Source of the DNA: Rhina ancylostomus
Taxonomy: Eukaryota
NCBI GenBank assembly: GCA_030265395.1
Contig: JARFYF010000059.1
Coordinates: 22,521,021-22,585,020 of the forward strand
Length of the DNA stretch: 64,000 nt
Direction: 5' to 3'
Part shown: piece by piece, positions 1 to 10,661 of the stretch
Numbering within the stretch: position 1 is the first letter of the stretch
Layout: every line of letters begins with the position of its first letter
Position numbers and translations under genes: made by a program
Notes under the pieces: model-generated
Databases searched by the model: none
Seen by the model: only the letters and a program-made list of their open reading frames with translations
What the model was told of the DNA's origin: nothing

Positions 1-141
1 AATCTTTATTCTGCATTCTGTTATTGTTTTACCTTGTACTACCTCAATGCACTGTGTCATGAATTGATCTGCATGAACAGTATGCAAGACAAGATTTTCA
101 CTGTACCTTGGTACATGTGACCATAATAACCAATTACAATT
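1..141 (+). mobile_element. 3' UTR/tail of Rex1/Babar-type LINE (truncated by window edge)
   Basis: Nearly colinear with 55770-55907 and 46880-46955 (TTTATTCTGCATTC...CTTGTACTACCTCAATG...TTTTCACTGTACC..GGTACATGTGAC...AATAA), which follow Rex-type ORF2 ends. Confidence 0.85.
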
Positions 142-437
142 CCTATTTGCCTGCCTGGTCTATATTCCTCCATTCCCTGCCGGTTCATGTACCTATCTGA
201 ATACCTCTTGAATGTTGCTACCTTTTCTGTTTACTCCACCTCCCCTGGCAACATGTTCCAGGCACCTACCACTCTCTGTGTAAAAAAACTTGCCCAGTAC
301 AGCTCCTTTAAACTTTCCCCCTTTCACCTTAAAACTTCACCTTCTAGTATTCTAACCCTAACCCTAACCCTGGGGAAAAAGACTCTGACTATATACCCTA
401 TCTATGCCTCTCACTAATTTTATATACTTCTGTCAGT
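142..437 (-). mobile_element. CR1-clade LINE (HER1-like) ORF2 C-terminus and 3' UTR fragment
   Basis: Reverse strand encodes CR1 end motifs (EVYK...GIDRV...LF, FFTQRVVGAWNMLPGEVE); homologous to 10370-10661 and 63775-64000. Confidence 0.85.
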
Positions 438-722
438 GAACTGTCCAAATTCTTTCAATTTTTCATCAAGGGGGTAATGAGATAGAAATTATTTAATTGA
501 AAAGTACTTGTAAAAGGACAGTGTAAAATAATATGGGAGATAAGCAGAGAGACAAATTGACGTGGATGGTTCAAGTTAGGTTTGCAAAGGTATTAGCTTG
601 GTGAGCTGATCGGCTGTACTCTGCTCACCAGATCAGACAAGTTCTAAATGAACATGTAAAAGGCCTTATTGACTGCTCTTCTTCCTAGGCTGTATGATGG
701 GATCAAATTTAACTGGAAGATA

Positions 723-835
723 GAAGGCAAAAGAGACTGCTCATGCTGGAATCTAGAACAAAAACCAGAATTCTGGAAGAACTGAGTAGTTATGATGCTG
801 CTTGACCGATTGAGTTCTTCTAGCATTCTGTTTTT
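723..835. mobile_element. Palindromic Penelope-like element end fragment (two inverted arms) with TSD
   Basis: Left arm GAGACTGC..ATGCTGGAATCT..AGAATTCTGGAAGAACT, right arm GAGTTCTTCTAGCATTCTGTTTT; flanked by TTTAACTGGAAGATA (708-722) and TTTAATTGGAAGATA (836-850). Confidence 0.75.
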
Positions 836-1644
836 TTTAATTGGAAGATATCTTGATCTGACTATCCAGTGGGAGCCATTTGTCTTCTTTTCCCCTTGTG
901 GTGATCTAAGGGCTCTTATTGATTTTCCTCCTCCAGAAGTCTGGTTGGCAGCTTGCACTGGGAAATATCCTCTTTTGGTTCATACACCAAGTGCAGAAAG
1001 GAAGCCACCAGAGCACACAAACAACTATGGAAAAAGTCACCACAGAAAATTTTACAAGCTGAGAATAATGTCTCAAAGAGACAATTACATATAGTTCCGG
1101 GCAGACTGAGAGATGCATTGAAAAGTCAGTGAAGTGTGTGGAATGGTCATCAAGACTTATTGGACTTATTCTCAAAGCTAAACACCATTATGTTCTTGAG
1201 ATGCAAATGAGATTCTGGTTCCTATTTTGAAGTTACTGCAGTCTTAATTCTATTTCTCATTCCCATCAGTTCTTACCCTCCTCTAGTGACCACAGTGATT
1301 AGATCCAGTTCACAATCGTCTCCACTTCAACATTTGCTTCTCCTCAGCAGGAGGGTTGAAGGGAGTGGGGACAATGCAAAGTGTTTCAAAGTTGAGATGT
1401 CTGGAAAGTAAAGGAGAAAAACACTCAGTATCTATTGGAAGAATGTTCTGTCAGGCAAAGAGAACTGGCAACTGTTCTCCAGTTACAATTCACTCCCAAT
1501 GGAAGGGGAAATGAGAGACAGAAACATCACATCATGCTGTAAATCAATTAAATGTTAGCAAATGTTTGAAAGAAAGAACTAAGGGAACTCCACTATGGTT
1601 TTGAGTTTGTAATAGAGAATGACTCCTCAGTGCATTGTTGAGGC

Positions 1645-1862
1645 ACCACTGCACTGGCCAATATTTATCTTTCGACCGACATCACTAAGCCATATTATCT
1701 GACTATCATTAAACTGCTATTTGTGAGGGCTTGCAGTACGTAAATTAGTTGCCATGTTTCCCACATTACAGCAACAACTATGGTACAAGTATATAAAACT
1801 GACCACAGGGTACTTTGTGATGCAGGAGACATTAATATGCTAAATAAGTACACATCTCTTTT
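1645..1862 (+). mobile_element. Deu-domain SINE (SacSINE1-like) 3' half
   Basis: GGCCAATATTTATC..CAACATCACTAA-like, GCTATTTGTGAGGGCTTGC..AAATTAGTTGCCATGTTTCC..CATTACAGC; matches full copies at 28425 and 20608. Confidence 0.7.
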
Positions 1863-1954
1863 GTTCAATTAAATTGTTGGTCAAATTGGGGCACCAATAT
1901 CCATTCAGATAGCTGGAAAGGATTTACAGGCTACTTCAAGTGTTGGAAAGTATA

Positions 1955-2160
1955 CTGGTCAATATTATTTCAACACCATCAAAATGTTGCTACCTTGCTG
2001 GAATTAGTTATTTGTGGGATCTTGCTGTGCATTGTTGGTTGCTATGTTTGCCTAGATTCTAGCAGCCACCACAACCCTGAAATGCAATCCTTTGGTTATG
2101 TAGCACTTTAGAATGAGCTAAAGCCGTGAATGGCACTATACAAATGAAAGTACCTACTTC
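1955..2160 (+). mobile_element. Deu-domain SINE 3' half (second adjacent copy)
   Basis: GGTCAATATTATTTCAAC..TTTGTGGGATCTTGCTGTGCA..GCTATGTTTGCCTA..GCACTATACAAATG. Confidence 0.7.
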
Positions 2161-2916
2161 ATGGAATGTAACATTAAAGTAGACCTGCAGGGACTAGAAA
2201 ACCTTTATTTTAGTTTCCAAATCTTGTGACAGAGGAAATAACTCAGAAAGAAAAAGAAATGCCACAGCATAAAATAAAACATGACACTCCTTCTGTTATG
2301 TGGCATTGAATTCCACATATCTCCAGTGTTATTTTCAACCCCAGGCATAAAGAAAGTATCCTATAATCAAAGGTTCATGTCCCTTTAAAAGCACTTAACT
2401 GGATAAAGTACACCAGCCAGAAATCCTAAACAGGCTGGTGTATTTATTAAGGGCCTATTTATTCCCTGATGGCTACCAGGCTTTATCATTTAAATGGGAA
2501 AAAGAGACAGAGAAATAATGGTATGAAAAATATACTGGCAAAAAGCTGGTGCTGCTGATAATGTGACCCTGGTTTTTTGTTGTGTCTCTCAATGTGTCCT
2601 CTGAGGTTACAGTGTAAAAATGGTCAGAACAAGAAATTTGGAGCATGTTGGGGTCAGGGGCTGGGTCAGTGGGTGGCAGAACTCAGTAAATGATTCCCTC
2701 CCCAGGCTGTAATAATAGTAACTGTCAGGGAAAGGGAGCAGTCCCAGACAAAGCCAGCCCAACTAACTCCAGACGAAATAAGAAAATCATTGCCCGAGGG
2801 GACCTGTGTTCAAGATCTTGAACTGTGCTGAAGGTGGGCAGGCATACTGTTGTGCTTATTACAATCCAGCTCTCCCTCACCTCCCCCACCACATACTCCC
2901 CCCCCCCCCCCACCAC

Positions 2917-3016
2917 NNNNNNNNNNNNNNNNNNNNNNNNNNNNNNNNNNNNNNNNNNNNNNNNNNNNNNNNNNNNNNNNNNNNNNNNNNNNNNNNNNNN
3001 NNNNNNNNNNNNNNNN
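2917..3016. other. N-run (100 N). Others: 12211-12226, 24514-24593, 28961-29101, 29120-29255, 31296-31395, 39659-39664, 58280-58369, 59695-59794
   Basis: Read directly; several border C-rich or (TG)n sequence, so they are gaps or masks at low-complexity DNA. Confidence 0.98.
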
Positions 3017-3924
3017 CTCCCACACCCCCCCCACCACATACGCCCCCCCCCCCCCCACCACCCAACACTCTCTCCGCCCCTTAAGAATTGTAAAGGTGCA
3101 GTCACAAGCTCTGAGGACTGCCGCAGGGGAAAACCTTAGAGTTTGTGGCAATTTTCTGCATCAAATGTTTTGATAATTAAGCAAAGCTGATCAAGAGAAA
3201 AACAACCAGTCTCCAGAGCTCAGAAAGCAAAGGCCCATAAAATGGAATATCCAGAAAATGCCAAAGGCTGCCTTAGCAGATTAATGATGCTCTAGTAATA
3301 GATTTTTCCCATGCAAACCGTTAAGAAGCAAGGTCTTAAAAAATGTGCAGGTGTATCAGAGAAGTGCCTACAGGTTGTGACTTTGGCCGCACTGCTAGCA
3401 AGATCTAGAATTGCTCAACTGAAGCAGATGCAACCATTGGAACAAATGCAGCTAACATTTATAAAAGAAATTGCAAGTTATTCATTAATTACTCAGTAAG
3501 AGCCCTGCTAATTCCTCTCCATGCCAGATCTAAAGTATATGTTTTTTAGTAGGTTTGTAACTATTTGCACATTATTCTTCCCACCCCTTGATCACATAGG
3601 ATATTCCTTTCTGTGTTATTGTGTAGGCGTTAACCTGCTCACTGAAAATGGGCTAACATCACGCAAGCATGTATTGCACATATCCATGTTGTACTTCATA
3701 TTAAACATCAAACAGAAATGGAATAAATCAGTATTTTTCCCATCAACTCCCAAGATGTCTTTTTCCACCATATATTTATATCAAGAAACTGTATTTCTAG
3801 TTATAGAACTGGCTGGTAATATTCTGCACCTTCGAAGAACAGCTGCCTGTAAACAGTTGCTTTTGTGTGTGATATGCCATATTCAGCTTCCACCCACGGA
3901 ATGCATTGCCATTGTTTCATTAAA

Positions 3925-4300
3925 CACTTCTTTTTCATTGGCTTACAGTTTGGCGCAACCATCAATCTAAAATTTTCTGACTACTTTCAAATCTGTCTGT
4001 GGTCTTGTCCCACCCTATCTCTGAAATCTTGTTCACGTCTAGAGTCCTCTAAGATCTCTATCCTTCTCTAATTCTGGCCTCTTGATTTTATCTAATTTTA
4101 AAACTGTACTATTTACAGCTGTGTTCAAATGCCTAGACCTTAAGTTCTGGAATCCCCTCTTTAAGAGTTGCCATCTCTCTACCCATTCTAAAACCAACTT
4201 GGCCACCTTTTTTAATTTCTCATCATATAGCTTGGTGTTAAAATTTGTCCCATGAAGTTCATTAAGGAGTCTTATTATGTTAAAAGCATTATATAAATGT
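3925..4300 (+). mobile_element. L2-clade LINE ORF2 C-terminus and tail
   Basis: Translates to FKSVCGLVPPYL*NL..PLRSLSFSNSGLL..PKFWNPL, the typical L2 end; tail GTTAAAAGCATTATATAAATG. Confidence 0.75.
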
Positions 4301-4429
4301 CCAAAATGCAGCTAACATTTGAAGTCCAATGCTGATAGCTCTGATAGTAAACCTCCAGGACTTTGTAGCAACTGACCCAACTGCTGTAATTCAAAACATG
4401 GCACCTGTAAATCAAAAGGTACCAGAATA

Positions 4430-4670
4430 CTTTTCAATTAAGTAGCTCTTTTCACCACCTCAGGACACCCAGCAGGCTTTTCAGCCAATGAGGTACTTCT
4501 GGATCAGAGTTACTCCTGCAGTGAGCAATGAATACACAACAATATTCCACCAATCATGACTTTATAACATAGCATTACTGTTGTTGCTTATTGGACAGAC
4601 ATTGGTTAGAATATTGGTGAGGACTCTGCTTTTCTTCAAAACTGTACCTTGGAATCTTTTACATCTCTTT
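4430..4670 (-). mobile_element. Deu-domain SINE 3' half
   Basis: CACCTCAGGACACCC..CAGCCAATGAGGTACTT..CTTCAAAACTGTACCTTGGAATCTTTTACATC is the reverse of the Deu SINE body. Confidence 0.65.
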
Positions 4671-5902
4671 CGAAGTCATTGATATTACTATTCCTATTGG
4701 TCTGTTTATACTAATATTAATATTAAATATTACTTATACATTTTATAAAAGGTCATTTTCTAAAGATATATCCCCAATGCTCATTTAGGAATGTGATTTT
4801 AATAAGTAACATTTTTTCTGGCAATCAGCCTGCTTACTGTGTGATTCACATAATGTACTGCAGTTTATTTGTTTTCATGGACAATCTTCTTGTTAGCATG
4901 TTAAGACAATATTTGGGGAAAATCATAATACCATTGACATTATTATGTTCCAGCAGGTTTGATGTCAATCTTGTTCTTCAGTGAAGAGCAAATTGTTCAA
5001 TGCTGAACTACCTGTGTGATGTTGGTGTAAAATTTGGACCCAGACTTGGAGCAGGTGGACCAACTGTTGCTGCACTCTCTCAGGTAGCTCATTGGCAAAA
5101 CAGATGTAAGAACTAGGAGCAAGGGAAAGGCATACAGCCTTATGGGCTGTTCTGCCATTCAGTTATATCTTAATACCTATCTCTGCCCTCACTCTCATTG
5201 TCCAACTGTCTAACAATGTCAGTCTTGGATATACTCAATGACAGAGCTTCCAAATCCTTCTAAGTGAGAAAGGTTCCCCTTACCTCACGTCTACAAGGTC
5301 AATCTTTTATCCAGAGGCTCTTAGTTCCAGCCAGAGGAAACGATCTCCCTCTTTCTACCTTGTCAAGTCCAATAGAAATTTTATATATTTTAATTCAATC
5401 ACCTTTCTTTTCTTCAAAACCTCAAGAATATATGCTCAATCTGGCCTCACTGGGCAACTCTCATCCCAGGAGGGAGTATAATGGGCCTTCAAGCTCCATC
5501 TGTAGATAATTAGATCAAAACTTCATGGAGTACTTCATACAAATGTCTCACTTAAGTGAGACAAAATTGCATCAACAACTGCAGCTTAAAGGCACTATTC
5601 CTAACTTGTTTTTAAAGGCTAAGGTACCATTTGCCTCCCTAGCTTTCTGGCATTTGTGAACAAGGACCCTCAAATACAGCATTGAAATATTACCTTTGAA
5701 ATATTCTTTGATAAATATTCTACTTATCCATTCTTCCTGCCAAAATGGATTTTTACTTCCTCATATTTGATTCCTTGTCACTTTTCCCACCCAGTTAGCA
5801 GCCTCGTTGCATCCTCCTCACAGTTTACCTTTTCGCCTAGCTCTGTAACATCAGCAACCTTGCAAATGTTACATCTGGCCCCACCATCTAAGTCATTGAC
5901 CT

Positions 5903-6161
5903 TAGAACTAAGATGAGGAGGAATTTCTTTAGCCAGAGGCTGGTGAATCTGTGGAATTCTTTGCCACAGAGGCCTGTGGAGGCCAAGTCATTCAGCGTAT
6001 TTAAGGAAAACATTGATAGGTTCTTGATTGGTAAGGGGGTTACCAAAATGTGGAAGAATGGGGTTAAGAAAAGAAAAAGAATCAGCTATGATTGAATGGC
6101 GGAGGAGGCTCAACGGGCTGAATGGCCTAAATCTGCTCCTATATCTTATGGTCTTATGGTC
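5903..6161 (+). mobile_element. Younger CR1 LINE 3' end
   Basis: ORF 5913-6095 MRRNFFSQRLVNLWNSLPQRPVEAKS..FKENIDRFL; tail GGCTGAATGGCCTA..CTGCTCCTATATCTTATGGTCTTATGGTC. Confidence 0.92.
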
Positions 6162-6323
6162 ATGCTAAAATTCTTTAAAAAACTGATCCCCAAACACTGT
6201 TCCTCATGGGACTCAACTGGATATATCCTGTTGAGGTTAAAATGACCAATTTATTACTTTTCTGTTCATTAACTAATCATTAATCAACACTAATACATTA
6301 CCCGATACTCCAAGAGTCCTAGT

Positions 6324-6625
6324 TTGGCCCTTTGAGTCTATGCCAGATCTCAGAGCAATCCCATTCCCCAGTTTATTTCCATGTGTCTTATTCTCTCTCA
6401 CATGACCATGAACTCCACCCTGATTATCTTATCATTCACTTACAATAGCAATGGTTTACAGGAGGCAATTTGGTCACTTTGGAATGCAGGATGAAACTGG
6501 AGCAACCGGGGAAATACATAGGGAAAATGTGGAAACTCCACACAGACAGCTGCAGAGATTGGGATCGAACCCAAGTCTTCAGAGTTATGAGGCAGCAGCA
6601 GTAACTGCTGTACCACTGTGCCACC
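6324..6625 (-). mobile_element. tRNA-derived V-SINE (HE1-like) with CR1-type tail
   Basis: Reverse: GGTGGCACAGTGGTACAGCAG (A box), GGGTTCGATCCC (B box), GCTGTCTGTGTGGAGTTT..GCTCCAGTTTC..CATTCCAAAG (V domain); tail similar to 41950-42125. Confidence 0.85.
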
Positions 6626-8704
6626 TGTTGTGAGGCAAATACCTTCTGAAAATTGAAATATACTTAATTCACTGATTTCCCCATTAGTTATCATACTGGT
6701 TATATTCTCAGACACCTCTAATACAATGTTTAACTGCAATTTCCCTTCCATAAACCTACATTGAACCTGCCTAATCATATTATGATTTTCCATGTGCCCT
6801 AATACCACATCCTAAAAAATAAATTATAGCAATTTCTTGACTACTAATATGAGGCTAACTTGCATACAGTTCTGTTTCTTCTCTCCATCCTCTCTTGCTC
6901 TGCTGCATTTCTTTACTCTCCTCCTTACATTTGTTTACAATCTTTTTTTCCTGGTCTACATTCATTATAACATTACTAATTAACCTATCTCATTACACAA
7001 TATTACATCTAAACCAGTTAAGCTGGTTCCTCAGCTTTAATACTGGGCAGAGGTGACATACTCAACAGCCCGTGTTAAGGACCTGGAAAAGGGAGGTGTG
7101 CTTCAGAGAGGCAGGGATGAGGTTGGGAGCAGCCAGAGATGATTAGAAATGATGGAAGGTGACTGGGAGCGGAAGAGAAACAATCAGGAGTTGGTAAAGG
7201 TTGGAAGTGTGTTGGTGGGAAAGATAATCAGGAGAAGAAAGGGGTAGGTGTGGTGAGAATCGGTGAGCTGGTTAGGACTGGGAGATAGCAATTGGGAAAT
7301 GGGGAACCGATGTTCCATTCCAGTGCCCCAAAGATTTGTATTCATCTGTATTTCAGGAGTTTCTGTTATGGTCATTTTGTCAGAGGTTGCTTTGCGTGGG
7401 ATGCATGGCACTGACCTGTTATACAATGATATATGTCAATCATAGTCTGTCTTTGAGTGCATGCAATTCTCTATCTGGTGCCAGGACAGCTAGCAGATAT
7501 ACTTTGATGTACATCAAAAATTTCAATTAGTAGCTGTAAATTGGAAACTACAGTCAGCATATCATTGCATGGTGCCACTCTTTCAGTAGTAGGGAATGAG
7601 ATGATGTGGAAGTTTGGATATGATGCCAGCTTCCAAGAAGATTTCAGAAAGCATTGCTCAATATGTTCATCAAATGTTGGGCGTGTAAGATGTATTTCCC
7701 ACCCACAGATAAATACTAAATCAACATTTCAATTTCTCACAATCAATTCCTTCAGACAATGAGCTTGTCAATCGCAGAAGCAATTGGACCAGAGTTTCCT
7801 GAAGTTTAATTAGCCAAATTAGCCAGAAAGTCTTTACCAAAATAAAGCCAACTTTTAAATTCTATCTTCATAGCCTTTGCAAAGATGTCTTTGATGTCTG
7901 ACCTGAGAATTTCCATTTCTGTTTATATTTTAGATTTCCAGCATCTACAATATATTGTTTTAATATATTGTTTTAGTCACCTTATTGGGCTAAAATATTC
8001 TAAACATATTCCAATGTTTTCATTTGCTCTGAAGATAAATCTTCAGGCTAATTATACATCTTTCTGCTTTTCTTATATCCCTGAAAATTTATACTTTATA
8101 AATATATGTCCAGTTTCTTTTTTGGAACTTACTACCGTCACCAGTTACTCCATAATACCTGACTCAAGAGACCTTACTTTGTGGCTTAGCTCAGGCTGTG
8201 TTGGCAGACTGTGCCAGGCATCAATGCCAAGCTGGTTATGATCAGCTGACTCAATACACACCAGGAACTGGATCTTGCTGGCAGAAGATCCATCCAAATG
8301 GAATGGGAGAGCTTGAGATTAACCTCTCACCTAAGAACAACACCACTGGAAATTCAGCACTTTGCCTTTAATGTACATAAATGTCCTGGAAAAGAACTTA
8401 TAACCTCCAGGCCCTGAATCAATAGAGCTACAAACAGAAGCAGGCTGATGCATCAAGCTCATCATTAGCGCAGTGATGAGAGAGGCATTAAATTAACTGA
8501 GGTCCTTCATAGGGGAGGAGGTGCCATATACATCTCTGTGAGTTAGAAAAATTATCTTGCAACCTCAAAATTCCTGAAATTAATGACTTTAGGAGTTAAA
8601 AACCAATCAACTCAGATACTCATGATTACCGCACCCGAATGACCAGGAGTATTTTCCTGATAAGAGGCAAACTTCTATTGATTAATCTTTGCACCATTAA
8701 TGTC

Positions 8705-9068
8705 AAAGAAGATTAAGGATAAATTTAATGGAGGTGTTCAACTCTGTAGTGTACTTTGATGGAGGAGGTGGAGTACCTTTTCCATTCGCAGGAAGTTCGG
8801 TAATCAAAGGGCGTAGATTCAAAGGTCGGAGGATGGGAGAGGTGAGAGGAAATCTAACTATGTAGATTTATATTGATCTGGTTCCCATTGCTGGTGGAAG
8901 GAGATTCAATGGTAACTTTGAAAAGGAAATTGGAAGTATACTTAAAAATAATTCATTTGCAGGGCTGCAGGAAAAACTAGGGTTTGGGAATTAAATGAAG
9001 AACATTTTCAAAGAACCAGACCCAACACAATAGCCTGAATGGCCTTTTTCTGTACTCTATGATTCAAT
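8705..9068 (+). mobile_element. Old CR1 3' end
   Basis: RLR..LMEVF, LFP.AGS..IKGRRFK; tail GCCTGAATGGCCTTTTTCTGTACTCTATGATTC. Confidence 0.65.
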
Positions 9069-9518
9069 ACTTTTACATTAATGTGCTTGGAGCATGATGC
9101 CAGTATATCATTTAGCTCTGAATAGAAAGTTGTGCCCTTCATGTCATTACATGCAATTCGCATCTTGAAGCCGATGTTTCCACCAGATACTATTCAGAAT
9201 GCTGTGCCAATCTATCCAATGCATTTCCTTTGCTGTTTAACAACCAGAGTGTGAAGTGGCTGCAATTTTGGGACCAAGTGCTACTGTGCTGAAAAGGTAC
9301 GTTGAAGAGTTCCTTGCCACTGCTCCCAACAGGTGCTTCAAAACACTCTGCCAGTATGTCAATTGGATGAAAATTAGATACCGTGCCAACAATAGCTAGT
9401 CAATGCAATCTGGGATCATTGCCAGTGGGTTTAGTACACACAGTTCAACACATTGTACCAGTTTGTCCAGCTGATGCATTCCACAGAATGTTGCTAAGTA
9501 TTAAAGTATCAAAGTTGA

Positions 9519-9690
9519 GGCTCAGGAACTGGATCTCTCACCCTTGTGAAAGAAGGTTGTGGGTTCAAACCTCATTCTAGAAACTTGAGTACATAATCTA
9601 GGTAGGCATTTCATTACAATGCTGAACAGCAATATTCTGGCAGTCTCTCAGATGAGATGTTAAAACATAGCCCTTTGGGTAAACATAAAG
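9519..9690 (+). mobile_element. Deu-domain SINE 5' (tRNA-like head) half
   Basis: GGCTCAG..AGAAGGTTGTGGGTTCAAACC..AGAAACTTGAGTACATAATCTAGG..CAGATGAGATGTTAAA, colinear with 28425-28580. Confidence 0.7.
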
Positions 9691-9829
9691 GAACTTTGGT
9701 AAAATACCAACCTTCCTAAAAAGAGACTATTGTCACTTAGCACAGTTTGCACAATAAAACTGACCACAGTACCATTGGGCTGGGGAGGGAGAACGATCAC
9801 CATACACCCAGACTTAAGGGCACTAGCAA

Positions 9830-10080
9830 AACAGAGGGGAGAATGAAGAAAAATCTTTTATGCAATAGATTGGATATAACAAGGATTTTTTTTACTCATT
9901 TCTCTCTTCTCAAAGAGCAGTGGAATCAGAGTCTTTGAATATCTTTAAGGCAGAGGTAGACTGATACAAATTGGTGAAAAGTTGCCATGGGTAGACAAGA
10001 ATGTGAAGTTGAGGTGACAATTAGCCATGATTTTATTAAATGGTGCAGTAGGTTTGAAGGGAAGAGTGGCCTACTCCAAA
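9830..10080 (+). mobile_element. CR1 3' end fragment
   Basis: RGRMKKN, LLKEQW/SLNIFKAEVD; tail ATTAGCCATGATTTTATTAAATGG..GGCCTACTCC. Confidence 0.7.
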
Positions 10081-10369
10081 CATGTACATTCATTAATTGT
10101 TGGGGAAAGAGCAAGAGAGTGGAATACATTGTAGAGCTCTTAAAATGAGCCAGCACAGGCCATTACTTTTTGTGATGTCTGCTTCTGTACTCTTATTCCT
10201 TATTTCTCATTCTGCCTTCATGGGACCCAATCCAAGAAACATCTTTTGTAAGCACATTCAGTTTTTAACCATAAACACTCATCTCACTGCAACAGAGCAC
10301 AAATGTACACTGAAATTCTAAAATGAAATGGATTGACCCCAATGCTAAATGTTCATCTGATATTATCCC

Positions 10370-10661
10370 ATAGACCTTACTGAAAATAGAACAGTGCCCA
10401 TCTTGATGCCAATTTACGCTAATGTCCTCCTCCTGTGCATCATCCATATCCCTCCATTCCTTTCATATTCATGTGTTTGTCCAGAAGCGTCTTAAACTCG
10501 ATTAAAATGCCTGCTCCCACTCCTACTCATTCTGGGCACCTACCACTCTCTGTGTAAAAAAAACTTGCCCCTCACATCACCTTTAAACATCCCCCCTCTA
10601 ACCTTAAAAGCATGTCCTCTGGTGTTTGAAATTTCTAACCTGGGAAAGAAATTCTGACTGT
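10370..10661 (-). mobile_element. CR1 (HER1-like) 3' end
   Basis: GCACCTACCACTCTCTGTGTAAAAAAAACTTGCCC shared with 262-296; reverse encodes TRGHAFKVRG..FKGDVRGK.FFTQRVVGA. Confidence 0.85.

Larger units (their letters stand above)
5105..6885 (-). mobile_element. Old CR1 LINE (RT region to tail) interrupted by two younger insertions
   Basis: Tail at 5105 (AAGAACTAGGAGCA..GGCATACAGCC); reverse strand gives ICKVADVT (~ISKFADDT) near 5850-5867 and NCMQVSLILV (~NYRPVSLTSV) near 6845-6870. Confidence 0.7.

Noticed and set aside
2725-3173. Proline/glycine-rich ORFs
   Set aside because: Artefact of poly-C tracts around a 100-N gap
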